Positions 1 to 9,131 of a stretch of 64,000 nt of DNA are shown here, one piece after another. The stretch comes from Anaerolineae bacterium (GTDB taxonomy: Bacteria > Chloroflexota > Anaerolineae > UBA1429): the NCBI GenBank assembly GCA_963675785.1, contig OY776562.1, forward strand, positions 1,984,001-2,048,000, written 5' to 3'. The translations under genes and the position numbers were made by a program. The notes under the pieces are model-generated. The model saw nothing but the letters and a program-made list of their open reading frames with translations, was not told the DNA's origin and ran no database searches. Positions within the stretch are counted from its first letter, which is position 1. Each line of letters opens with the position of its first letter.

Positions 1-450
1 ATGCCGAATGGGAATATAGATAGCTGGTGAAACGTCAGCCACGCCCTCTGGCGGGTAGAACTCAAAATCCGAGGTACCTTGGGGCATCTCATAGGGCGAA
101 GCGGGCATCCAGGTGTTATAGGCGTAAGCATAGGTGGCACCAATAGCTTCCATGGTACAGTCGAAGACGGCATAGTGCTCTGCCAGTAGGCGTCGAATCA
201 AAAGTCCCTTGGGCACCGCCGCATCGTCGGGCACAGCCATCCCCGCCAGATAGAAAGGAATATCGTCGCCCTCATCGGCGAACCAGACACCGTAATAGCA
301 GCCATCCAGGCTCAAAGCACGCAGCACTTTGTGATGGGGCATGAACTCTTTTTCCCAAAAGGCGCCAAAATCCACCTTGTCTGGGGCACTGTGAATCATC
401 ACCCCCATCACTGTAAAAGCCTCCCGATCCACAAAGCGTGGTTCCATCAT
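1..450 (-). CDS. GyrI-like small-molecule-binding domain protein (3' end runs off window)
   Basis: Manual translation MMEPRFVDREAFTVMG...YYGVWF...YAVFDCTMEAIGATYAYAYNTWMP...DFEFYPP...IYIPIRH; RBS GGGAGG; not in the ORF track because the stop is outside the window. Confidence 0.85.
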   Translation of the reverse strand, partial: MMEPRFVDREAFTVMGVMIHSAPDKVDFGAFWEKEFMPHHKVLRALSLDGCYYGVWFADEGDDIPFYLAGMAVPDDAAVPKGLLIRRLLAEHYAVFDCTMEAIGATYAYAYNTWMPASPYEMPQGTSDFEFYPPEGVADVSPAIYIPIRH

Positions 451-486
451 TCCCTCCCTTTTAAAGCAGCGAGTGAATCCAAACGT

Positions 487-1644
487 CTATCTCAAGGCGC
501 ATTCGAGATGAGCAAGAGCCCTGGCGTCCTGTTCGCGAGCCTGTTTGATAATTTCAACCATCGCTCGCCGCTTTTCACCATCGGCCATTGCCTTGTATCC
601 CTCGGGATTACCAATGCCCCCGGCCAATTCCCAGACAGCCCACATCAGGTCGTGTTCAGCGGCGTAACAGGCGGCGGCATGTAAAACCTCAGCTTGTGTG
701 CCTGGCTTGCCCGGCCCGGCCACAAATCCATCCGTATCCTGAGCCAGGAATATCGCGCCATACCAACGCGCTTCGGCCAGGCTGCCCACCGTCCAATCAT
801 GTATCATATGATGGGCTTTGAGTGTATCCTCATCCTCAGCAGGCCAGTTCTCGTCACACAGCAAATGGGCGATCCAGGCATCATAGGCGGCCAGACCGTT
901 GTGTCGCTGTTGATAGGCTTCGGGCGCATCGGCCTCGGGACGCACCATAGGCGTGCTGCCCACTTTGATCATCCATCGTAAAGTAGTGCGGCAGGTCTCA
1001 GCCAACAAAGGTTTAGCCTTTTTATCGCCGATGATCAGCACGCGCTCCGTATTGGTAAACCAGTCTCGCACGCGGAAATAGCCCGAGGGCTCACACTCGG
1101 TGGTTTCATCCTGGAAAAAGCTCCAGCCGATGAGCACCTCCCCACCATCGTCATAACCGGTAATCAGCGAGGGCTCGGGCGGGCCAACGATACCGTAAGC
1201 CAGTGCCGGCATACCCCGCTGAATGCTTTCCATGATGCGTTCACGGAACAACGCCTCGTTATCACATCCAGCCTCTACATCCAAGAACTCGCCTTCATAG
1301 CCCACAGCATCCAAAATGTGGCGTTCCGCTGCCCAGGGCACGGCCGAGAGGTAGGTCAAAGCGGCGTTGTCCTCGTGCCAACCGTCCTTCCAAGAGAGGA
1401 ACGAGGCCGCCCCCGATACACTGCACAAAAAAGCATAGGTGCAAAGCACTTTACAGTCGGGATTCTGCGCCAGACAATGCCGACAGCCGTACTCGCTATC
1501 ACCCAGATACTCGAGGATGGCCCGCATGATCGAGGGCAAGATAATATCCTCGGGGCAGCGCTTGCCGCCTTCGTAAAAATGCACGCGTGGCACGCCTTCT
1601 AACACACACCGTTCATCACAGTTGGCCATTATCTCATCCCTCAT
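487..1644 (-). CDS. Hypothetical protein (possible BtrH-N/papain-like module)
   Basis: Long ORF, co-oriented with the GyrI gene; ...PPEPSLITGYDDGGEVLIGWSFFQ... segment; start uncertain (1677/1644/1629). Confidence 0.6.
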   Translation of the reverse strand: MRDEIMANCDERCVLEGVPRVHFYEGGKRCPEDIILPSIMRAILEYLGDSEYGCRHCLAQNPDCKVLCTYAFLCSVSGAASFLSWKDGWHEDNAALTYLSAVPWAAERHILDAVGYEGEFLDVEAGCDNEALFRERIMESIQRGMPALAYGIVGPPEPSLITGYDDGGEVLIGWSFFQDETTECEPSGYFRVRDWFTNTERVLIIGDKKAKPLLAETCRTTLRWMIKVGSTPMVRPEADAPEAYQQRHNGLAAYDAWIAHLLCDENWPAEDEDTLKAHHMIHDWTVGSLAEARWYGAIFLAQDTDGFVAGPGKPGTQAEVLHAAACYAAEHDLMWAVWELAGGIGNPEGYKAMADGEKRRAMVEIIKQAREQDARALAHLECALR

Positions 1645-1691
1645 CAATCTCCTTTGTTCAAAAGGAATTAAAGTCAAATTTGTACATGCCT

Positions 1692-1748
1692 AATAGTTTA
1701 CTGATTTTCAGGAAAACTATTGACTATTATTTCGTCAAACGATAAACT
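1692..1748 (+). promoter_or_regulatory. Sigma70-like promoter with upstream imperfect inverted repeat
   Basis: TTGACT(1720)-17 bp-TAAACT(1743), preceded by AATAGTTTACTGA...TCAGGAAAACTATT. Confidence 0.5.
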
Positions 1749-1776
1749 GGCCTTATTTCACCAAGGAGCCGCTCAT

Positions 1777-2217
1777 ATGGACGAAATTGACCGCAGCATT
1801 CTGGGCATCCTGAAAAAGAACAGCCGCGCCACCGCCTCTGAGATCAGCCGCACTGTGAATCTCTCGGTCCCCGCTGTGGGCGAGAGGATGAAAAAGATGG
1901 AGACTGCTCACATTATTGAACAATATACTATCAGAATCAACCGAAAAGAAATGGGGTTGGGGCTGGTAGCCTTTATCCTGGTCACCCTGGAGAGCACAAA
2001 AGATGTTCAGGTTTTTCGGGAAACCATCATCCAGTACGATGCCGTGCTGGAATGCCACCACATCGCCGGTGAATATGATTATCTGCTCAAGGTGCTCGTC
2101 GAGGATGCGCATGCCCTGGAACTATTTCTATCCAATTCCTTGAAAGGAATCAAGGGCGTATCCAGATCCAATACCATCATCTCTCTGGTGACGTTAAAAG
2201 AGGAAATCAATGTCTGA
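1777..2217 (+). CDS. Lrp/AsnC family transcriptional regulator
   Basis: MDEIDRSILGILKKNSR HTH; ECHHIAGEYDYLLKV RAM domain; RBS AAGGAG. Confidence 0.93.
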   Translation: MDEIDRSILGILKKNSRATASEISRTVNLSVPAVGERMKKMETAHIIEQYTIRINRKEMGLGLVAFILVTLESTKDVQVFRETIIQYDAVLECHHIAGEYDYLLKVLVEDAHALELFLSNSLKGIKGVSRSNTIISLVTLKEEINV

Positions 2218-2226
2218 GGTAAATCC

Positions 2227-2862
2227 ATGATTATTCAGGGCCTGAGATTCGGCATGATGCTGCAATTCGCCATCGGTCCGGTGTGCATCTTTATCTTTCA
2301 GGCCGCCTCGGCTGCTGGGTTCTACCCCGCCGAGACCGGCGTGCTGGGCGTGGTTCTGGTCGATGGCCTCTACATCTTGGCCTCCATCGTGGGCCTGGGC
2401 GCCCTCATTGCCAGGTATCCCGGCATGAAAACAGCCCTCAAGATATTTGGTGCCATAGTACTCATCGTCTTTGGCGCGAGCACCCTGCTCAACACCCTTG
2501 GCATCAGCTTTTTGCCCAGCCTGCAGTTCTCCAGCAGCGCGGCGCCCGGCGGTATGTTTTGGCGCACCACCCTGCTAACCCTCTCCAATCCGCTGACCAT
2601 CATCTTTTGGGCCGGTGTGTTCTCTTCACGCATTGCCAAGGGCAGTATGAGCCGCAGTGATATGTACAGTTTTGGTGCCGGGGCCGTGCTCTCTACCCTG
2701 CTCTTTTTGACCCTGATTTCCCTGCTGGGGAGCCTCAGCGGCGCCTTTCTGTCCGAGGCTGCCATACGTGTACTCAACATCGTTGTAGGCCTGCTGCTCA
2801 TCGCCTTTGGCATCAAAACTGCTCTGAACAAGACCGAGACACTCTCGCCTACCGCAGGATAA
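2227..2862 (+). CDS. LysE family amino-acid exporter
   Basis: AIGPV N-terminal motif, LTLSNPLTIIFW motif, about 6 TM helices; follows Lrp. Confidence 0.9.
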   Translation: MIIQGLRFGMMLQFAIGPVCIFIFQAASAAGFYPAETGVLGVVLVDGLYILASIVGLGALIARYPGMKTALKIFGAIVLIVFGASTLLNTLGISFLPSLQFSSSAAPGGMFWRTTLLTLSNPLTIIFWAGVFSSRIAKGSMSRSDMYSFGAGAVLSTLLFLTLISLLGSLSGAFLSEAAIRVLNIVVGLLLIAFGIKTALNKTETLSPTAG

Positions 2863-2898
2863 AAAAGGAGTGCACACGGATTCGTGTGCACTCCTTTA
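2862..2898. terminator. Bidirectional intrinsic terminator
   Basis: AAAAAAGGAGTGCACACG-GATT-CGTGTGCACTCCTTTTA between convergent genes. Confidence 0.85.
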
Positions 2899-2920
2899 CT
2901 TCCAGATAGAACTTGATGCC

Positions 2921-3724
2921 TTAGGGCCTGCCGCTTTCGATTCCGCTACCCACAATGGCCTCATAGTCTTCGACCGAGAGATAAACCGGTTCGTAAACCT
3001 CGCCCGTCTGCTTTTCCAGCGTGCTGGTAAAAGAGCGCAGGTGGTTCCGCGAGCCTTTGGTCAGGTTATCATAGACCAAACGAATGTCTGCGTTATCGGT
3101 TTGAGCAATGCGTTCCTGCAGATCGAGAATATCGATCTCTTCGATAGCCGCGCCCACCTTGAGGGCCTCGCCCAGGGAGACACTGCCCGTCGCCACTAGG
3201 TCATCGTAGAGTTGCTGCAAGTCGGCATTCACAAAGCTGCCCACTGGCTGATCCGCCGCCGGATCCTCCAGACCGTAACGCGCAATGAGCGTCAATACTG
3301 CATCCATGTGCGTGGCTTCGCTGTCAGCAATGTTGGAGAAAATAGCCAGTCCCCACTGGTCGTAGAGCGTCAGATAGACATCGCGAGCCAGTTTTTCCTC
3401 TTCGCGCATGAACAGCAAACCAGCGATCTCGTCCTCGGTCAGCTCACCAATGGCTGTAGCCATCAGAGCCTCATCCAACTGAGCAGCATCTACTTGCGTG
3501 TTGCCCTCGTCATCTACCACAGTCACGTCCACCTCGGGGGTGACCAACACCTCGGCCTCTGTAGTGACCGCAACTGTAGGCGCTTCAGTCACAACCTCAG
3601 TAGCCGTTGCCTCCACCACAGCCACAGGTGTCGCCGTTGCTTCTGGTGCAGCACAGGCGGCCATCGCCACCACGAGCACGAGTGATATCGCCGTCAACAG
3701 TCCCAAAACTGATTTCTTGTTCAT
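2921..3724 (-). CDS. DUF2202 ferritin-like lipoprotein with Thr/Ala/Glu-rich linker
   Basis: Lipobox MAAC; MREEEKLARDVY, SEATHMDAV and GSRNHLRSF motifs. Confidence 0.88.
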   Translation of the reverse strand: MNKKSVLGLLTAISLVLVVAMAACAAPEATATPVAVVEATATEVVTEAPTVAVTTEAEVLVTPEVDVTVVDDEGNTQVDAAQLDEALMATAIGELTEDEIAGLLFMREEEKLARDVYLTLYDQWGLAIFSNIADSEATHMDAVLTLIARYGLEDPAADQPVGSFVNADLQQLYDDLVATGSVSLGEALKVGAAIEEIDILDLQERIAQTDNADIRLVYDNLTKGSRNHLRSFTSTLEKQTGEVYEPVYLSVEDYEAIVGSGIESGRP

Positions 3725-3938
3725 TGATCTTCCTGTCCCTGGGTTGAACGCTCAGTGGCGTTCAACGCTTTTCATATTCATGTACAAATTCAGCATAACA
3801 GGAAAATGCCAAGGAATTGTTAAGAAGAAGCGCAAAACCTGTTACCCCTATGGGGTATATATCTGCCATGTTCTGCATTGATCCAATACCGGCCCTCTGG
3901 GGAGACCCGAGATCAAAAGCTCATCCACGCCACTGCCT

Positions 3939-4844
3939 TCACACGCCTTCATCATCAAAGTCAGGGATAAAACTTTCCAAAGCCGTGTCCCCCTCCTGAA
4001 TGAACCCGTTCTCCACGCCCAAGTCTAGCGCATAAGTCACCAGTTCGTCATACTCCTCTGACGTAATCCTGCGATCAAGCTCGGGGTAACGGGCCACATG
4101 CGGCAGCGGCGTGTATTGGTTCATGATGCTGATGTATATCCGCTCGCCGTAGGTTTCATACAGATAACGTATAACGGCCTTGGAATCCTCCAGGCACCCC
4201 GGCAGCAGCAGATGTCGCACGATGACGCCTTTGCGCATAATGCCCTGGTCATCGAAGAAGGGTTCGCCCACCTGCTGCACCATCTCTGCCAACGCCGCTG
4301 TGGCCACCACGAAATAATCCGCCGCATGTGAGTACTTCATACTGATAGCAGAGTCCACGTACTTGAGGTCGGGCAAATAGACGTCCACCAACCCATCAAG
4401 CAGTCTCAGCGTCTCTACCTTTTCATACGCACTCGAATTGTAGACGACGGGCAAACTCAGGCCCCGCGCCTTGGCCATCTCAAGGGCCTGGATGATCTGC
4501 GGCACATAATGGCTGGGCGTAACCAGGTTGATGTTCAAAGCGCCCTTGGCCTGCAGTTCGCCAAAAACCTCGGCCAACCGCTCCACGGTGATCGCCTTAC
4601 CCAGCTCTGCATGGGCAATGTGATAGTTCTGGCAATACACACAGCGCAGATTACACCCCGAGAAGAACACCGTGCCAGATCCCGCCTCACCAGATAGGCA
4701 AGGTTCCTCCCACATGTGCAGCGCCGCCCGGGCCACGCGCAGCTCACTGGTCACGCCGCAATAACCAACCTGGCCGGCGTCCCTGTCCACATGACAGTCC
4801 CTCGGACATAAAACACAATCACTCAACACGTATTCGCTATTCAC
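3939..4844 (-). CDS. Radical SAM protein, PflX-like
   Basis: CVLCPRDC, HMWEEPCLSG, GCNLRCVYCQN (CxxxCxxC), VRHLLLPG; GTG start at 4844. Confidence 0.9.
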   Translation of the reverse strand: MNSEYVLSDCVLCPRDCHVDRDAGQVGYCGVTSELRVARAALHMWEEPCLSGEAGSGTVFFSGCNLRCVYCQNYHIAHAELGKAITVERLAEVFGELQAKGALNINLVTPSHYVPQIIQALEMAKARGLSLPVVYNSSAYEKVETLRLLDGLVDVYLPDLKYVDSAISMKYSHAADYFVVATAALAEMVQQVGEPFFDDQGIMRKGVIVRHLLLPGCLEDSKAVIRYLYETYGERIYISIMNQYTPLPHVARYPELDRRITSEEYDELVTYALDLGVENGFIQEGDTALESFIPDFDDEGV

Positions 4845-4867
4845 ATCGCCTTCTTGGCAACACCATC

Positions 4868-5635
4868 TCACTCGAACAAATACCCCGTCATAGACACCGA
4901 GCCCATCACGCAGGCTTCATTGAACACAGAAACATGGTCATCCTCCCAGGCCGCGCCAAGCACGTATAGCAAGGGATAAAAATGATCGGGCATGTAAAAG
5001 GCCAACTCTGCTGAACTCCCCGCTCGCTCATATTGCACCACGTCTTCATAGCGCCCGTCGAGAATGCTCTCCTTGATATAGCTATCGAACGCATCGGCCC
5101 AGGGATAGCCGCCAGCCATATCCCACCTAACCTTGGAGAGATTGTGGACGATATTCCCGCTGCCTAAAATCAGCACACCGCGATTGCGCAGGGGGCGTAA
5201 CTCCCGGCCAATCCGCAAGTGAACAGCAGGTGGTGCATAGCGGTCCACGCTGAGCTGATAAACGGGAATATCGGCCTCGGGATACATACGATGCAACACC
5301 GACCAGGTGCCGTGATCGAGCCCCCAGGTGTTGTCCACCTGAACTTCACATGAGATCAAGTCGCTGGTTCGATGGGCAAGTTGCGGCGCCCCCGGAGCCC
5401 CATAGACGATCTCGTATAGCTCCTTGGGAAAACCATACATATCATAAATGGTTTGAGGCTGGGGATCATCGTTGATGCGCGTTCCCTCGGTATACCAGTG
5501 AGCCGAGATAGAGAGGATGGCTTCTGGTCGAGGCAGTTCACAGCCCAACCTTGTCCAAGTCTGCGTAAAAACGTTGTCCTCGATGGCGTTCATGGGGGAA
5601 CCATGCCCCACAAACAACATGGGCATCTTGCTCAT
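4868..5635 (-). CDS. ygiD: 4,5-DOPA extradiol dioxygenase (LigB family)
   Basis: FVGHGSPMNAIEDN, ISAHW, WGLDHGTWSVL, GSGNIVHNL. Confidence 0.9.
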   Translation of the reverse strand: MSKMPMLFVGHGSPMNAIEDNVFTQTWTRLGCELPRPEAILSISAHWYTEGTRINDDPQPQTIYDMYGFPKELYEIVYGAPGAPQLAHRTSDLISCEVQVDNTWGLDHGTWSVLHRMYPEADIPVYQLSVDRYAPPAVHLRIGRELRPLRNRGVLILGSGNIVHNLSKVRWDMAGGYPWADAFDSYIKESILDGRYEDVVQYERAGSSAELAFYMPDHFYPLLYVLGAAWEDDHVSVFNEACVMGSVSMTGYLFE

Positions 5636-5686
5636 CGCTCATCCACCTCCCTAGGTTTGACTGTTGGCTTGTTACCGACCCACTTG

Positions 5687-6259
5687 CTAGAGTATTTCAT
5701 AAACAAAGACGCAGGGTTCCCTACCTTCGCTGTTCAAAAGAGAAGACTTTATTTGCTTTAGCCTCAGTTTGAGGCCAAGGGCCTTTTGGTAATGAAAACG
5801 AAAATGTCCTGCACAACACTTGCAATAAGAGAGCGGCATGGGGCCGTCTACAGGTTGATTGCCATTAATTTGCCAACAAGGGCACTTCACACCCTGAACG
5901 CCTCGCCAAAACACGGCCACCGACTCGATATCGCCATCGGCGTTCAAAAAGGGGCGTCCCATATTCTTGACGTCGTGCAGCAAGGCTAGTTTTTCCTCTA
6001 GGGATTTATCTTGATGCTCTTTGGCAAAGGCCCGGGCGTTGGTCAATCGATATCCCGTCTTGCAGCAGGCTCGATCGAACATCACCTCACTGAGGGTGTC
6101 ATCATCCAACAGTTCTTCGCATCTGCGCAAAGCAGCTGCCATGAAATTGGCCTCATTCTGCTTGGCATTGGCCTCATCCCGGCAGTATTCGACACCCATG
6201 ATCTGCTCGATGATACCCTCATTAACGCCTGCGTTACGCAAATGTTCATCAAATGCCAT
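5687..6259 (-). CDS. Cys-rich hypothetical protein (DUF6144-like)
   Basis: RACC, KCPC and YCKCCAGH...EPCVF pattern. Confidence 0.6.
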   Translation of the reverse strand: MAFDEHLRNAGVNEGIIEQIMGVEYCRDEANAKQNEANFMAAALRRCEELLDDDTLSEVMFDRACCKTGYRLTNARAFAKEHQDKSLEEKLALLHDVKNMGRPFLNADGDIESVAVFWRGVQGVKCPCWQINGNQPVDGPMPLSYCKCCAGHFRFHYQKALGLKLRLKQIKSSLLNSEGREPCVFVYEIL

Positions 6260-6312
6260 GCTTTATCTCCCGCTCCTTGATTCAGCCATAGTCTGACAGA
6301 GTTCATGCCGCA

Positions 6313-6705
6313 TCATTTGCACCTGGCGCTAAATCCCACGACGTTCCCATCCGGGTCCCAAAAGTGTACCGCCCGATTCCCCCAAGGATACGTCTTTGGC
6401 TGGGTAATAAAGGCAACGCCCAAAGCCTGCAATCGCGCGTACTCGGCATCCACATCGTCAACATTGAAATTCAGTGTCACACTGCCTGTGCCCCAGTGGG
6501 TACTGAAATCAAAAGCCATGTCCCTTTCGGCAGCACGCCTAGCATAAAAGGACAGACTGGCGCCTTGTGTCTTGAGCTCTACATGGATATCATCGCCCTC
6601 TGCTGTTGTCTGCAAGATATTCTGATAGAACAGCGAGAGTCTGGGCACGTCCTCCGTGATCAGCGTGTTTCCCAGCAATTTCATCATCTGCTCCGATTTA
6701 CCCAT
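6313..6705 (-). CDS. VOC/glyoxalase family protein
   Basis: FNVDDVDAEYARL...PWGNRAVHFWDPDGNVV. Confidence 0.9.
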   Translation of the reverse strand: MGKSEQMMKLLGNTLITEDVPRLSLFYQNILQTTAEGDDIHVELKTQGASLSFYARRAAERDMAFDFSTHWGTGSVTLNFNVDDVDAEYARLQALGVAFITQPKTYPWGNRAVHFWDPDGNVVGFSARCK

Positions 6706-6717
6706 AACTGCATCTGT

Positions 6718-7053
6718 TCAGCCAGTTCGCAGCCCATCAAGCAGCTTGCGATTATCCGAATCGGCAGGGAAGAACTTTTCCATAATGTCGCAAGGATAGT
6801 CGTCACAGTCTGCACAAGTAACGATCCCTTTGGTCACAGCGCAGGCTCGAATCTCACAAGCGCCGCAAAACACATTGTCCACCGATGCAAGCGCATGACA
6901 CCCCTCGCAGTTGATGTTTGCTAGAGTCACCTCGGGGTGGTCGGCAAAATAGGTGGCGAGCAATTCCGCTCGCATGGCATCGTCGTTCTTAATCGTGGCC
7001 ACACGAATCGGGCAAGTATCGCACTGCAAACCGCAATAGGCAATTTCATCCAT
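6718..7053 (-). CDS. DUF3795 Cys-rich protein
   Basis: IAYCGLQCDTCP...CEGC...CEIRACA...TCADCDDYPC. Confidence 0.85.
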   Translation of the reverse strand: MDEIAYCGLQCDTCPIRVATIKNDDAMRAELLATYFADHPEVTLANINCEGCHALASVDNVFCGACEIRACAVTKGIVTCADCDDYPCDIMEKFFPADSDNRKLLDGLRTG

Positions 7054-7086
7054 TCTGGCCCCTCATTCTTGCTGAACGAACCCTAG

Positions 7087-7137
7087 ACATAGTCATATCA
7101 TAGCAAAACAAGAGCCAGGCGTTAAGCCCGACTCTTG
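7087..7137 (-). repeat. Terminator + -10 module, copy A
   Basis: 45/51 identical to 8793-8843 by manual alignment; minus-strand hairpin plus U-tract, then TATGAT. Confidence 0.8.
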
Positions 7138-7166
7138 TTTTCATAGATAGGATGAAACACCAAGGC

Positions 7167-7739
7167 CTAGCGCACCAACTCGAAATTGGTGAACACCCAG
7201 GCCCCATCGACATTCTCATAAGCAAAGTCATGCGTTTCTGATCCCGTAACGGCAAACGTACTGGAATCGAGCACCTCTACGGTCACATGGCAGATGATCT
7301 TGGCATCACTTTCGTGAATGATTTCCAGCGTTTCCTCGCCTTTGGTGATGTCAGCACCTCTATCGGCTTCAAGAGCATACAGTGCACCATCAATATCGAC
7401 GTAATGCTGCGGACCGTTGGTATTATCCGCGAGTAACATCTGCACGACATCCTCGCCGAATAAACCCCTCAAGTAGGCTTCGAGATCCGCAAATGTCGTA
7501 ATGCCCTCGTAATCCACTTTGTTATACGTCATGCCGTTATACTCGGCTGTTTCCATGCTGCAGGGCATCGTGGTCATGTCGAACCAGCCGTAGGTCTCTA
7601 CGGCATTGTTATAAGCCTCTTCAACCTGTTCATCACTGGGCACGTCTGCTCCCTGATCCGAACAAGCCCCCAAAAGTACGCTTGCCGCCATCAGGACGGC
7701 CACACCGAACCAAGCACGGAATCGATTGTTACGCTTCAT
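7167..7739 (-). CDS. Lipoprotein, IseA (DL-endopeptidase inhibitor)-like
   Basis: Lipobox LGAC; FADLEAYLRGLF...YVDIDGALY...ADRG...ENVDGAWVF. Confidence 0.6.
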   Translation of the reverse strand: MKRNNRFRAWFGVAVLMAASVLLGACSDQGADVPSDEQVEEAYNNAVETYGWFDMTTMPCSMETAEYNGMTYNKVDYEGITTFADLEAYLRGLFGEDVVQMLLADNTNGPQHYVDIDGALYALEADRGADITKGEETLEIIHESDAKIICHVTVEVLDSSTFAVTGSETHDFAYENVDGAWVFTNFELVR

Positions 7740-7857
7740 TTTGCGCCTCGTTACGCGCTCATCTCAAACGATGAGTAGCTATTGAAAAATGGAAATACAC
7801 AGCATGATATAGACGAAACAGAAAAGGAATTGTTCCACTTTGGCTTACAGGCAGAGT

Positions 7858-8274
7858 TTATTCTTCTTTTTGATAGCGCATAGCGATGCTCCGCGGGGTA
7901 AAACCCAAGCTCTGCCAGAATTGCGAGCCGGCCTCATTCCACGCATACACCTCGATGTCGATCGTTTCATCACCCAGTGCGTCCATCAGTTCGCCAAAGA
8001 AGGCTTTCCCATAGTCCCTTCTCCTGTGCTCACGGCAGATAAAGAACTGCCGCAAGTACTTGGGCGTCTCGGTAACCCGAACCAAAGCATAGCCAACGAT
8101 CTCTTGCTCAATCACATAAAAATAGGCGCGGTAATCCCCTACTAGAAAATCCCGCATCCTCTGTTCGAGCTGTGCCCAATTCATGGGATTGTCGCTGGCT
8201 TCATCCTCGATGAGCTGCCTGTTCAGTGTGGCCAGCAGCGCACAATCACCCAGTGTGCATTGAATTACTGGCAT
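7858..8274 (-). CDS. GNAT family N-acetyltransferase
   Basis: LRQFFICREHRRRDYGK motif A; WNEAGSQFWQSLGF. Confidence 0.88.
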   Translation of the reverse strand: MPVIQCTLGDCALLATLNRQLIEDEASDNPMNWAQLEQRMRDFLVGDYRAYFYVIEQEIVGYALVRVTETPKYLRQFFICREHRRRDYGKAFFGELMDALGDETIDIEVYAWNEAGSQFWQSLGFTPRSIAMRYQKEE

Positions 8275-8446
8275 TCGTTTGCGTCCTGTTGAGCTTTTTT
8301 ATATCCAGCACATCATCCGTGTAAACAAGCAGTTCGTTGTACAAGGAAAGGTTATAGCTGTTGGGGTTAATCCGCGCTTCATCAAAAGGCTCAATGATGA
8401 TCTCGCTGTTCATGTGCCTCTTGGTCTCTCTACCAGAAAGTATCAT
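8275..8446 (-). pseudogene. dcd: 5' fragment of dCTP deaminase (duplicate of 12111-12632)
   Basis: MILSGRETKRHMNSEIIIEPFDEARINPNSYNLSL...NRTQT near-identical to the intact copy, then cut off at the GNAT start. Confidence 0.9.
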
Positions 8447-8737
8447 GCGCCGTATCCTACCTTGTCGATCAATCTCTCGAATCGCTAGGTACAATCTCCT
8501 AACCTATGATCTTTTTGCCGCCACGAATCTGAAAGCGGGTAATACACGCCATCCTTGGCCTGGCTGCCCATATCCCACGTGCCATCTTCACACTGATTGT
8601 CTCTGAGCCAATCCCCCACAAAGGCCAACTTGCCCCTGCACCATTCGCAATCTACCAAGAGCTCGATTGCCCCCAGATAACAGCTGGCGGATTTGCAGCG
8701 CGATGATCTCCTGCGACCATTTCGAGTCTTTGAACAT
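8443..8737 (-). pseudogene. Internally deleted, frameshifted copy of ORF 12629-13480
   Basis: MFKDSKWSQEIIALQ matches MFKGSKWAQEIVALQ; the 3' part matches 12630-12875; about 550 bp of the middle is missing. Confidence 0.88.
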
Positions 8738-8792
8738 ACGCTCTCCTCCAGAAACTGGCACAGTCACACTCAAGTTCGCTAACTCACTATGA

Positions 8793-8843
8793 ACATAGTC
8801 ATATTATAGAAAAATAAGAGCCGAGCGTTAAACCCGACTCTTG
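8793..8843 (-). repeat. Terminator + -10 module, copy B
   Basis: Homologous to 7087-7137; substitutions keep minus-strand stem pairing; followed by TATAAT. Confidence 0.8.
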
Positions 8844-9131
8844 AAATACGCTTGAGGAACGTTGCCTAGTGGCCCCAACCGAGAGCTAAATGAGTAATCC
8901 ACTATCACTACAAAGCAAAACCTGCCCGCTGACTCGTTGTGCAATTCTCGAAAGCAAAAAGATTATAAAAATATAGCAAAATGGAAATATATGCTTTCTT
9001 ATATAAAAAATACTTGACGCATCAAAGAGCTCGATCTAGTGTGTTTATGTAAATTGACGGATCCTTTACGCATTGATTGTTGAGGAAAAGCAGCAGCCCA
9101 AACCAGAAGGTATCCATCTTTGAGGAGTTCT

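Noticed and set aside
8850-9130. c-di-GMP riboswitch before the surface-protein triad
   Set aside because: GCAAAAC/GAAA-like words occur but the paired two-stem GEMM architecture is not evident
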